Below, piece after piece: positions 19,267 to 31,909 of a stretch of 47,697 bases of DNA. Source of the DNA: Aquificaceae bacterium (lineage in GTDB: Bacteria; Aquificota; Aquificia; Aquificales; Aquificaceae); NCBI GenBank assembly GCA_046292245.1, contig JBKBRK010000001.1, positions 1 to 47,697 on the forward strand, written 5' to 3'. The notes beneath the pieces are model-generated. The model ran no database searches. It worked only from the letters and a program-made list of their open reading frames with translations, and was not told the DNA's origin. Numbering within the stretch: position 1 is the stretch's first letter; every line of letters starts with the position of its first letter. Made by a program: the position numbers and the translations under genes.

Positions 19267-20550
19267 CTATTGGGATTTTTGGCACACCCTCGCGATAGCC
19301 TTTGCAAAGTCAAAAGTGCTAACTTCTTTTGCTTCAAGCCCCATCCTTCTAAAGCCGTGGGCTATGTCTGGAGTGCCGATCCTATCCTCTATGGTCTTTT
19401 TAACAGCCTTGTAGATCAACTCCGCCGATTCTTTCCATCCCAAGTATTCCAACATCATGGCTCCCGACAAGGTAATAGACAAGGGGTTTGCTATGCCTTT
19501 GCCAGCTATATCGTAGGCGGTTCCGTGAGTGCTTTCAAAGAGGGCATAGCCATCTCCTATGTTTCCACTTGGAACAAAGCCCGGACCACCAACCAAGGCA
19601 GAAGCGAGGTCCGATATGTAATCACCGTTTAGGTTTTGAGTGATGATAACGTCATAGGCTTCTGGCTTTAAAACCAGCTGCATAAGCATCTGGTCTGTGA
19701 TAACCCTTACCATAAGCGCTTGTCCTTCCTTTGGTTCTCCTTCTGTTATAACCTTCCCTTCAAACTCTGGCTCCTTTGCCACCTCAAAAGCCCAGTTCAT
19801 AAAGGCTCCCTCTGTGGCTTTCATAATGTTGCCCTTTCCTACAACAGCTACCACCTTTTTGTTATTTTCCAAAGCCCACCTTAGGGCCTTTCTCACATGC
19901 CTTTTGGTTTTATACTCACTCATGGGCTTTACCGTTATACCGCAATCCTCAGGAAGAGCATACTCAGAAACGCCCATCTCCTTTATGAAAAACTCCCTTA
20001 GCTTTTTGGTGTTTTCTGCCTTTGGCATGTACTCTATGCTCATATAAACGTCGTCGGAGTTTTCTCTAAAGACTGCCACATTGACCCTTTCGGGGTTTGG
20101 TATGGGGGCAGGTTGCCCAAGCCAATAAACAGGCCTTATGGCAGAATAAAAGTCCATAGACTGGCGAAGTATGGCGTTTAGAGACTTTCCGGCCTTTCCC
20201 ACGGGTGTGCCAAGGGGTCCCTTTATAGAAACTATGGCTTCTTTTAACACCTCAAGGGTTTCCTCTGGCATACGATTAGATGTTTTTTCCTCGGCTTTGT
20301 CGCCCGCCAAGAGTTCCACCCAGTATATTTTTCTACTGGTGCCATAAGCCTTTTCTACTGCAGTATTTACCACGTGTATCATGGCGGGGGTTATCTCTTT
20401 ACCTATGCCATCTCCCTCAATAAAGGGAATGATAGGGGTATTGGGTACCTCAAGGCTTTTGTCCTCTTTGAGTGTTATAAAGCTTCCCTCTGAAGGTATC
20501 TTTGCCTTTCCTTCCCAAGGATACACATTTTCCCAGCGCATCTTTTCCAC
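19267..20550 (-). CDS. icd: isocitrate dehydrogenase (Aquificae type; rTCA cycle, oxalosuccinate reductase in H. thermophilus)
   Basis: PFIEGDGIG, IKGPLGTP, FRENSDD, KGNIMK, NLNGDYISD, FESTHGTA. Confidence 0.95.
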   Translation of the reverse strand: MEKMRWENVYPWEGKAKIPSEGSFITLKEDKSLEVPNTPIIPFIEGDGIGKEITPAMIHVVNTAVEKAYGTSRKIYWVELLAGDKAEEKTSNRMPEETLEVLKEAIVSIKGPLGTPVGKAGKSLNAILRQSMDFYSAIRPVYWLGQPAPIPNPERVNVAVFRENSDDVYMSIEYMPKAENTKKLREFFIKEMGVSEYALPEDCGITVKPMSEYKTKRHVRKALRWALENNKKVVAVVGKGNIMKATEGAFMNWAFEVAKEPEFEGKVITEGEPKEGQALMVRVITDQMLMQLVLKPEAYDVIITQNLNGDYISDLASALVGGPGFVPSGNIGDGYALFESTHGTAYDIAGKGIANPLSITLSGAMMLEYLGWKESAELIYKAVKKTIEDRIGTPDIAHGFRRMGLEAKEVSTFDFAKAIARVCQKSQ

Positions 20551-20615
20551 CTCTTGGATTTTTGAAATATTCTATCATAGATTCCTCCAAGGGCGTATGC
20601 AATAAGCTGGGGTAG

Positions 20616-23460
<2,845 letters not shown>

Positions 23461-23461
<1 letters not shown>

Positions 23462-24534
23462 TGCTAAGCCAGGAGATAGAAGAAAGGTTAAAGGTAGCGG
23501 AACAGAAGTATTTAGAGCTACAATACAAGCTAAGCGACCCAGAGGTGGTTTCCAACCGGGAGGCTTTGGCAAAGTTAAGCAAAGAGCTAAAGGAATTAGA
23601 GGATATATACAAGGCATACAAAGAGTACAAAAAGCTACTGTGGGACTTGGAGGGTGCCAAGGAGCTTCTCAAAAACCCAGATCTTTCTGAATTGGCAAAG
23701 GAAGAGATCCAAAGGCTTTCCCAAGAGTTAGAAAGCTTAGAGAAGAAGATAAGAATATTGATGCTGCCCAAGGACCCAAAGGACAGTAAGAACGTCATAC
23801 TGGAGATAAGGGCGGGTGTTGGTGGAGAAGAGGCAGCCCTCTTTGTGGCAGACCTACTCAACATGTACCAAAAATACGCAGAGGAAAAGGGCTGGAAGTT
23901 TAGCATCCTATCCGCCAACAAAACGGGCTTGGGTGGATACAAAGAGGTAATAGCCCTCATAGAGGGTGAGGGAGCCTACTCAAGGCTTAAGTTTGAAAGC
24001 GGTGTTCATAGGGTACAAAGGGTGCCCGTAACGGAGGCAGGGGGTAGAATACACACCTCAACGGCAACGGTGGCAGTGCTTCCAGAAACAGATGAAACAG
24101 AAATACACATAGATCCAAAGGATCTAAGGATTGAAACCTTCCGTGCCAGCGGTGCAGGCGGTCAGTACGTTAATACCACCGAGAGCGCCGTAAGAATAAC
24201 CCATATACCCACGGGTATAAGTGTATCCTGTCAAGATGAAAGGTCCCAATTCCAAAACAGACAAAAAGCTTTTAAAATACTCTACGCACGCCTAAGGGAC
24301 TTCTTTGAAAGGCAAAAGGAGATGGAGATAGCCAAAGAAAGGAAGCAGCAAGTGGGAACAGGGGAAAGGAGCGAAAAGATAAGAACCTACAACTTTCCAC
24401 AGAACAGGGTGACAGACCATAGGATAAACCTCACCCTTTACAAGTTGGGGGATGTCTTAGAGGGCAAGCTTGATGAGATAATAGAGGCTCTCATAGAGCA
24501 CCATATAGAGGAAAGGCTTAAAGCTCTTGCATAA
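23461..24534 (+). CDS. prfA: peptide chain release factor 1
   Basis: PVT specificity motif, [16 protein letters not shown]. Confidence 0.97.
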
Positions 24535-25381
24535 GCCTGTAAGGCTTTAGTTTATTCCCTTCTATAAGACCTATTCCAAGGAAGTTTTCCCCTTCGTACA
24601 GCCTGAGGAAGGTTTTCTCATAAGGAGCAGCAAGCTTTACAATCGCTCCCTTTTTGACCCTCCTTGAAAACTCACTCCTTAGGTTTATCCTTGGTAGAAA
24701 ACTCAGGGCTTCGTCTATGGGTATCAAAAGTCCCCTTATATCCTCAAGGGACATAAGCCTTTCGTAGCTAACAGATTTTTCCACATGGAAATTCCCCACC
24801 CTTATTCTTCTTAGTTGCACCACGTGGGCTCCGCAGGAAAGTTTTATGCCAAGGTCGTGCACCAAGCTTCTTATGTAGGTACCCGAGGAAACCTCAAAAA
24901 GGAGTTCTACATAGGGTAAAGAACATTTTAGCAACTCAGCCCTATACACCTCTACCTCCACAGGCTTTATCTTTACCTCCAAACCCTTCCTTGCCAATTC
25001 ATAAGCCCTTTTACCCTCTATGTGCTTTGCGGAGAAGGGTGGAGGTGTCTGTGTTATTTTCCCAAGGAAATCTTTTAATGCTTCCTTTACCTCTTCACAG
25101 GAAGCATTAACCTCTCTAACCTCCAAGGTTTTACCCTCTTCATCATAGGTATCCTTTATCTCACCGAGCTTTGCGGTGCTTAGGTAAGCTTTATGTAGGC
25201 TTGTAAAAAACTGGGAAAACTTGGTGGCTTCGCCGATAAGGATTAGCATAAGGCCTGTGGCTATTGGGTCAAGGGTGCCCGTATGTCCCGCTTTTACTTT
25301 GAAGCGGTTTTTTATACCCTCCACCACCTGCATAGAGGTTATACCCTTGGGCTTATCTACCAACAAAAGGCCCGAAAGCAT
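24518..25381 (-). CDS. truB: tRNA pseudouridine(55) synthase TruB
   Basis: [30 protein letters not shown]. Confidence 0.96.
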   Translation of the reverse strand: MLSGLLLVDKPKGITSMQVVEGIKNRFKVKAGHTGTLDPIATGLMLILIGEATKFSQFFTSLHKAYLSTAKLGEIKDTYDEEGKTLEVREVNASCEEVKEALKDFLGKITQTPPPFSAKHIEGKRAYELARKGLEVKIKPVEVEVYRAELLKCSLPYVELLFEVSSGTYIRSLVHDLGIKLSCGAHVVQLRRIRVGNFHVEKSVSYERLMSLEDIRGLLIPIDEALSFLPRINLRSEFSRRVKKGAIVKLAAPYEKTFLRLYEGENFLGIGLIEGNKLKPYRLMQEL

Positions 25382-26313
25382 CAGCTCAAAAAGTCTTTTA
25401 GATGTCTTTTCATAGCCATATTTCTTAACTTTCTCAAAGCTCTCGTTTCAAGCTGCCTCACCCTTTCTCTTGATATCTGGAGTATATCTCCTATCTCCCT
25501 CAAAGTCCTCGGCTCTTCTCCCCTCAAGCCAAACCTAAGCTCCAATACTCTCCTTTCCTTCTCGGGTAACCTATCCAAAAGCTCATTTATTTCCTTTTCC
25601 AAAACCTCGCTTATTATCTTCTCCTCCACGTCTGCGGTGCCGTGCCTACTTAGAAAATCCACAAAGAAGGTATCTTCGTTCTCTCCCACCGGTGCATCAA
25701 GGGAAAGGGGTGCCCCGCAAAGCTGAAGGTTTTTTTCTACCTCCTCCGGGCTGATCTTGTAGCCTTCCTTTTCTATTTTCTTTTCCACCTCCTCTTGAGT
25801 GGGCTCTCTGCCAAGCTCCTTTTCAAGCTCCTTTTGTACCAACTCCCTTGTGTATCCGTAGGCTATCTCCTCAATAGTTGGCTCCCTTTCAAGCTCTTTA
25901 TATAGCTTGCTGTATATGGAGCTAATACGGTTTATTATGTGGGACTGTTTTATGGGAATACGCACAGCACCCGTTTGTTGGGAAAGGGCTTGCATTATAG
26001 ACTGCCTTATCCACCAAACGGCATAGGAGATAAACTTTACACCCCTGTCGGGGTCAAACCTTTTTGCCGCCTCTATTAGCCCGTAGTTTCCAGCAGCTAT
26101 AAGCTCAGAAAGGGGAAGTCCATAGCCCAAGTATTGCTTGGCTATGCTTATAACAAATCTAAGGTTGGATTCTACAAGCCTCCTAAAGGCTTCTTGGTCT
26201 CCCTCCTTTGCCCTTTTGGCTATTTCCTTTTCCTCTTCCGGTGTTAGGAGGGGGATTTTGGCAACCTTTTTTAAATACTGGTTTATAAGCTCTTGTTCTG
26301 TGTCGGGCGTCAT
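25381..26313 (-). CDS. rpoS: group 2 sigma-70 factor (RpoS-like)
   Basis: Region 1.2 LLTPEEE, NLRFVISIAKQY, F.SYAVWWIRQ, region 4 SRERVRQLE; no region 1.1. Confidence 0.82.
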   Translation of the reverse strand: MTPDTEQELINQYLKKVAKIPLLTPEEEKEIAKRAKEGDQEAFRRLVESNLRFVISIAKQYLGYGLPLSELIAAGNYGLIEAAKRFDPDRGVKFISYAVWWIRQSIMQALSQQTGAVRIPIKQSHIINRISSIYSKLYKELEREPTIEEIAYGYTRELVQKELEKELGREPTQEEVEKKIEKEGYKISPEEVEKNLQLCGAPLSLDAPVGENEDTFFVDFLSRHGTADVEEKIISEVLEKEINELLDRLPEKERRVLELRFGLRGEEPRTLREIGDILQISRERVRQLETRALRKLRNMAMKRHLKDFLS

Positions 26314-26317
26314 CTTT

Positions 26318-27724
26318 TTACCTCAACCTTAAAACCAAGAAGAGATTACTATCTCTTCTCCTTACAAGCAATAGAGCCCTATCCCTTCCACCCTCTCTTA
26401 GAGTTTGTATTATCTGTTGAAACTCTGCAACTTTTGAGATAGCCCTGTTGCCCACTTGGAGTATCACATCGCCGGGGATCAGGCCGCTTTGCATGGCAAG
26501 GCTGTTGGGCAAAACCCTTACCACAAGCATACCTTTTACACCAAGCCTCCTTTCCTCTTCTGGAGTTAGGTCCCTAAGTAAAAGCCCTAAGTCTTCTTCT
26601 CCCTCTTGGCTTTTTGATATCTGCCTTTCTTCGGGCATCTCTCCCACCTTTGCCCTTATATTTATTTCTTTACCTTCCCTTATTATCTTCAAGTTTATCT
26701 CTTTGCCCGGCGGAGTTTTCATTATTTTAAACTGAAGGTCTCTTACCTCTGAAACCCTTTGACCCTCTATCTCCACCACTATGTCCCCTATCTTTAAGCC
26801 AGCCTTATCCGCAGGGCTTGAGGGCATTATCTGGGCTATTATAACACCCTCTTTTACACCAAGGCTTTCTGCCATATCGGGTGTTATATCCTGTATAACC
26901 ACACCAAGCCAACCCCTTACCACCTTACCCTTTTCTATAAGCTGGTCAGCGACCCATTTTGCCAAGTTTATGGGTATGGCAAAGCCAAGTCCTTGACCCT
27001 CCGCCAGTATGGCGGTGTTTATACCTATGACCTCACCCCTTATGTTTACAAGGGGACCTCCCGAATTACCCGGGTTTATAGCTGCATCTGTCTGGATAAA
27101 GCTTTCGTATTGGGTTATGCCTATCGCCCTTTTTAGTGCAGATATAACACCTACCGTGACAGTTCTTTCCAAGCCGTAGGGGTTTCCTATGGCTATAGCC
27201 AACTGCCCCACCTTTAGCTTGTCTGAATCACCAAGCCTTGCTAACCTATTTTTCACATCGGGTATATCTTTGTCATCTGTCTCTATAACCGCCACGTCCG
27301 TTTTTGGGTCTGTGCCCACTATCCTTGCCCTTTTTTCTATATGCCTGTCTATCCTTACCCTTATATCCCTTGCGTTCTGTACCACGTGGGTGTTTGTGAG
27401 TATGTAGAGCTTATTCCCTTTGTGGTCTATTATCACACCAGAGCCAAGGGACCTTCTCTCTTGGGGAGGCATGGGAAAGGGGAAAGGTATTTCTATTTCC
27501 CTTGTCTCTTGGGTGGCAAAGATGGTAACCACGGAGGGCGATACTGCCTCTACTATGGAGGTAAGCTCCTGCTCAAACTGAGAGAGCACGTCGGAAACTA
27601 TCAGAGGTCTTTCTTCTTTTTGAGAAGGAATGGCACTTTGAACCTGTTGAGCCTTACAACCGAAAAAGAGGGTCAGCAAAAGGAATAGGCTCGTAATAGA
27701 TAACATCCTCAACCTCCTCTTCAT
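26318..27724 (-). CDS. degP: DegP/HtrA (Do family) serine protease, probable lipoprotein
   Basis: TNTHVV, TDVAVI, DAAINPGNSGG; two PDZ domains; FFGC lipobox-like. Confidence 0.93.
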   Translation of the reverse strand: MKRRLRMLSITSLFLLLTLFFGCKAQQVQSAIPSQKEERPLIVSDVLSQFEQELTSIVEAVSPSVVTIFATQETREIEIPFPFPMPPQERRSLGSGVIIDHKGNKLYILTNTHVVQNARDIRVRIDRHIEKRARIVGTDPKTDVAVIETDDKDIPDVKNRLARLGDSDKLKVGQLAIAIGNPYGLERTVTVGVISALKRAIGITQYESFIQTDAAINPGNSGGPLVNIRGEVIGINTAILAEGQGLGFAIPINLAKWVADQLIEKGKVVRGWLGVVIQDITPDMAESLGVKEGVIIAQIMPSSPADKAGLKIGDIVVEIEGQRVSEVRDLQFKIMKTPPGKEINLKIIREGKEINIRAKVGEMPEERQISKSQEGEEDLGLLLRDLTPEEERRLGVKGMLVVRVLPNSLAMQSGLIPGDVILQVGNRAISKVAEFQQIIQTLREGGRDRALLLVRRRDSNLFLVLRLR

Positions 27725-28377
27725 CTCCTTACCTCACATAAAAAGAATAGAACTTTAAAAAAGGCTTTGTCAATTGCCTTAATCATATCCTCAATCCTTT
27801 TCTTTGAGATTATATCACCATTAAAATGAGGGTTGTAGGAGGATCCCGTATAATGGAAAAACCTCACAAGGTCCCAACCACGAAAGGGTATGAGAACCTC
27901 TTCAAGGAAAAAGCTTTTTATTCTTACCTTTTCTTTTAATATCTCTTCTATATCCTCCACCTTTGGGAAGGGAAAGCCAAACTGAGGAAGGCTGCCCTCC
28001 ACTGGCAAGGCGCACAGCAAATTACCTTTGCAAACCCTAATAAGCTCGGGTATGCTTCTGTTTATATGGGTCCAGTGAAGGGCAAAGCTGCTAATTACCC
28101 AATCAAAGCTTCCATCTTTAAAGGGTAATCTATGGATATCTCCAAGGACCGCCCTACCAAACCTCTCCTTATAGAGCTTCAACATCCCTATGGCTATATC
28201 CACACCCAATGCCTTTTCTAACCCTTCACTTGCAAAGCCCGTACCACAGCCCACATCAAGAGCTGTGCCCTCAATCTTTGCCAAGCTTCTTAGCCTTTGG
28301 GCGCAGTACCTTTGGGGTATAGCCCATTCTTCATAACTACTGCAAGCTTTTGAGAACCTCAAAGATAAAACTTTCAT
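27721..28377 (-). CDS. bioC: malonyl-ACP O-methyltransferase BioC-like
   Basis: FSKAC.SYE..A..Q, LDVGCGTG, SSFALHW; coupled to bioH. Confidence 0.8.
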   Translation of the reverse strand: MKVLSLRFSKACSSYEEWAIPQRYCAQRLRSLAKIEGTALDVGCGTGFASEGLEKALGVDIAIGMLKLYKERFGRAVLGDIHRLPFKDGSFDWVISSFALHWTHINRSIPELIRVCKGNLLCALPVEGSLPQFGFPFPKVEDIEEILKEKVRIKSFFLEEVLIPFRGWDLVRFFHYTGSSYNPHFNGDIISKKRIEDMIKAIDKAFFKVLFFLCEVRR

Positions 28378-28942
28378 CCTTTGGGAAGTGTCCTCCTAAG
28401 AAAGTTATTAATTTAGCCCTTTTTAGCATGTTGTGAAGGGTAATGGCTGAAGAAAAGGGAACTATGGGATCCTCTGTGCCTTGTAAGATAATTACCCTTT
28501 GACTTATATAGGGCAGTATGGGTCTTATATCAAGCTTCATATAGTCCTTTAGAAGTGCTTTGGCACCTTCAAGGTTTATGGTATCTTCAAAGGGCTTGGG
28601 ATAGGCAAGCCTTCTAAACTCCCTTAGAAAATTTTCTCTTTCCCTTTCAAGGCGCAGGGTAAAGCCCCTTAGGTTTTTTGAGGGCCAAAAGCAAGCAAAA
28701 CATGGAGACGTACCAACAAGAACAAGGGCTTTAAATCTATCTTTAAAAAGATACGCCATCATAAGGGCTAAGCTACCACCCAAAGACCAGCCTATCAAAG
28801 TAGAACCCTTTTCTATCCTTGGAGCTATCTCCCTTGCAAGGCCCCACATGTCCTTGTATTCAAGAGGGCTTTTCCCGTGAAAGGGGAGCTCTATGGAGGG
28901 TGTGTTTTTTAAAAGCTTTGAACTAAAGCCCCATCCATGCAA
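28337..28942 (-). CDS. bioH: pimeloyl-ACP methyl ester esterase BioH-like (alpha/beta hydrolase); start uncertain
   Basis: HGWG, GWSLGG nucleophile elbow, G.EDPIV, GHFP; the only in-frame start is TTG 28942. Confidence 0.8.
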   Translation of the reverse strand: MHGWGFSSKLLKNTPSIELPFHGKSPLEYKDMWGLAREIAPRIEKGSTLIGWSLGGSLALMMAYLFKDRFKALVLVGTSPCFACFWPSKNLRGFTLRLERERENFLREFRRLAYPKPFEDTINLEGAKALLKDYMKLDIRPILPYISQRVIILQGTEDPIVPFSSAITLHNMLKRAKLITFLGGHFPKDESFIFEVLKSLQ

Positions 28943-28950
28943 AAAAAAAG

Positions 28951-29024
28951 CGGGTCCGGAGGGACTCGAACCCCCGACCTAGGGATTAGAAATCCCTTGC
29001 TCTGTCCAGCTGAGCTACGGACCC
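28951..29024 (-). tRNA. tRNA-Arg(UCU), CCA not encoded
   Basis: Acceptor GGGTCCG/CGGACCC; anticodon arm AGGGA-TT-TCT-AA-TCCCT; GTTCGAGTC T-loop. Confidence 0.97.
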
Positions 29025-29097
29025 TCGGGGTGGCAGGACTTGAACCTGCGGCCTTTGGCTCCCAAAGCCAACGCTCTACCACCTGAGCTACACCCCG
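29025..29097 (-). tRNA. tRNA-Pro(UGG), CCA not encoded
   Basis: Acceptor CGGGGTG/CACCCCG; anticodon arm TTGGC-TT-TGG-GA-GCCAA; GTTCAAGTC T-loop. Confidence 0.97.
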
Positions 29098-29108
29098 TGG
29101 TATATAAA

Positions 29109-30155
<1,047 letters not shown>

Positions 30156-30211
30156 TTATCCTTTGTAAGGGGTCATTGACCATCACAAATGGTATGCCTT
30201 AAAATTTACCT

Positions 30212-31030
30212 ATGAAGCCAATCTTGGTGCTTTCAAAAACCCATTCAATAAAAAGACTGTTAAGGAATTTAAGATTAAACACCGTGTGCGAAGAGTCTCG
30301 TTGTCCCAACATAGGAGAATGCTTTGGCTCTGGCAGTGCTACCTTTATGATATTGGGGGATGTTTGTACCCGTGCCTGTAGCTTTTGCAACTTAAAAAGG
30401 GGAAAGTCAAGCCTTCCAAAACCAGAAGAACCTTATATGTTGCTTGAGGCGGTAAAAGGTTTAGGGCTTAGCTACGTGGTAATCACCTCTCCCACAAGGG
30501 ATGACCTGCCCGACGGGGGAGCGGAGCATTTTTATAAGTGTGTTAGCCTTCTAAAGAGAGAGATACCTTCCATAAAGGTGGAAATTCTAATACCAGACTT
30601 TAAGGGGGATAGAACACTCCTTGAACTTGTACTATCCGCAGAGCCCCATGTTTTAGCCCACAATGTGGAAACGGTGTCAAGGCTATACCAAAGGGTAAGG
30701 GGCGGGGCAAAGTATGAAAGAAGCCTTGAGGTTTTGAGGCTTTCAAAGGAGATAAACCCGAAAATTTTCACAAAATCTGCCCTAATAGTGGGCTTTGGAG
30801 AAAGCTGGGAGGAGATAATAGAGGTGTTAAAGGATCTAAGGAAAGTAGAATGCGACCTTATCACCATAGGTCAGTACTACCAACCCTCAAAAGACCACCA
30901 CCCTGTGGTTAAATACTATGCAGAGGAGGATTTTAAAGAGCTTGAAAGGATAGCTTACCATCTTGGCTTTAAAGGTGTAAAGGTAGGAGCCCATGTGAGG
31001 AGCTCCTACAAGGCTTGGGAGCTTTTTTAG
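30212..31030 (+). CDS. lipA: lipoyl synthase
   Basis: CEESRCPNIGEC, CTRACSFC, HNVETV, VRSSY. Confidence 0.96.
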   Translation: MKPILVLSKTHSIKRLLRNLRLNTVCEESRCPNIGECFGSGSATFMILGDVCTRACSFCNLKRGKSSLPKPEEPYMLLEAVKGLGLSYVVITSPTRDDLPDGGAEHFYKCVSLLKREIPSIKVEILIPDFKGDRTLLELVLSAEPHVLAHNVETVSRLYQRVRGGAKYERSLEVLRLSKEINPKIFTKSALIVGFGESWEEIIEVLKDLRKVECDLITIGQYYQPSKDHHPVVKYYAEEDFKELERIAYHLGFKGVKVGAHVRSSYKAWELF

Positions 31031-31031
31031 A

Positions 31032-31907
31032 TTACTCTCCCTTTGCTTCCCTTAGGGCTTGTTTTATATCTTGGTCTGCCCTTTTGAAGATTTCTGCGTT
31101 CTCTTTGCTAAGATGTTTTCCATAGGTTTTTAAAAGAAAGGGGATATTTATATAGCCTGTTGTTAACCTTCCATCACTTTCGTAAAGGTATATCCTACAG
31201 GGTGCAAGAGTGCCAAATTGAGGTATATCCTTCAAGATAGCCTCTCCATAACTAAGATTACAAGCCAAGAAGATGGAGAATTTGGGATATTCTTGTCTTA
31301 CGTCTATTATATCCAGTATGTTCATATTTACACCGTCAAGGGATGTTTTGTAAAGGGTTTTAAAGGTGTCAAAATCCATACCTTCTATCTTTTCCTCATA
31401 GACAAGGCTTTCCTTCATAGGTGGAAGTTGTGGAAAGGTTGGCTTGTTGGTGCTTATGCTGGCAAGGGCTTTGTGAAGTTTTCTGTATATTTTGCCTATC
31501 TCTCTTCTTTGGGAAAGAGAAAGGCTATCCCTATAGCTTGTAAGGAAAACCTGATGGTTTATTACTGTGGCTTTTATCCTTCCCTTATCCTCATAAACAG
31601 CTACACTGCAAGGCACCACGTTGCTAAGGGCTGGAGCCTTTAGTAGCACTTGGTCCATACCTTCAAAGGTGCAACCAAAAACTACGTAGTAGTTTCTAAA
31701 GTCTTTATTTCCCCTCGCCCTTATGGCGTCCGATATGGTTAAGGTTCTAAGGACTTTAAGCCCTTGACCTTCCATCTCCCTTATTACCGCTTCAACGCCT
31801 CTTTTAAAATCCCTTTCTCTTAGGTTGTAGGATATGTACATGACCCTCAAGGGGTCCATGGCAAGGGCAAAAAGGGGAAAAAGTATGAAGAGCAAAAGCC
31901 TTACCAT
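31032..31907 (-). CDS. exported tandem DUF302-domain protein in the sox operon
   Basis: Signal peptide MVRLLLFILFPLFALA; two repeats with FGC/LAC...PCSVAVYE/PCRIYLYE. Confidence 0.75.
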   Translation of the reverse strand: MVRLLLFILFPLFALAMDPLRVMYISYNLRERDFKRGVEAVIREMEGQGLKVLRTLTISDAIRARGNKDFRNYYVVFGCTFEGMDQVLLKAPALSNVVPCSVAVYEDKGRIKATVINHQVFLTSYRDSLSLSQRREIGKIYRKLHKALASISTNKPTFPQLPPMKESLVYEEKIEGMDFDTFKTLYKTSLDGVNMNILDIIDVRQEYPKFSIFLACNLSYGEAILKDIPQFGTLAPCRIYLYESDGRLTTGYINIPFLLKTYGKHLSKENAEIFKRADQDIKQALREAKGE

Positions 31908-31909
31908 TT

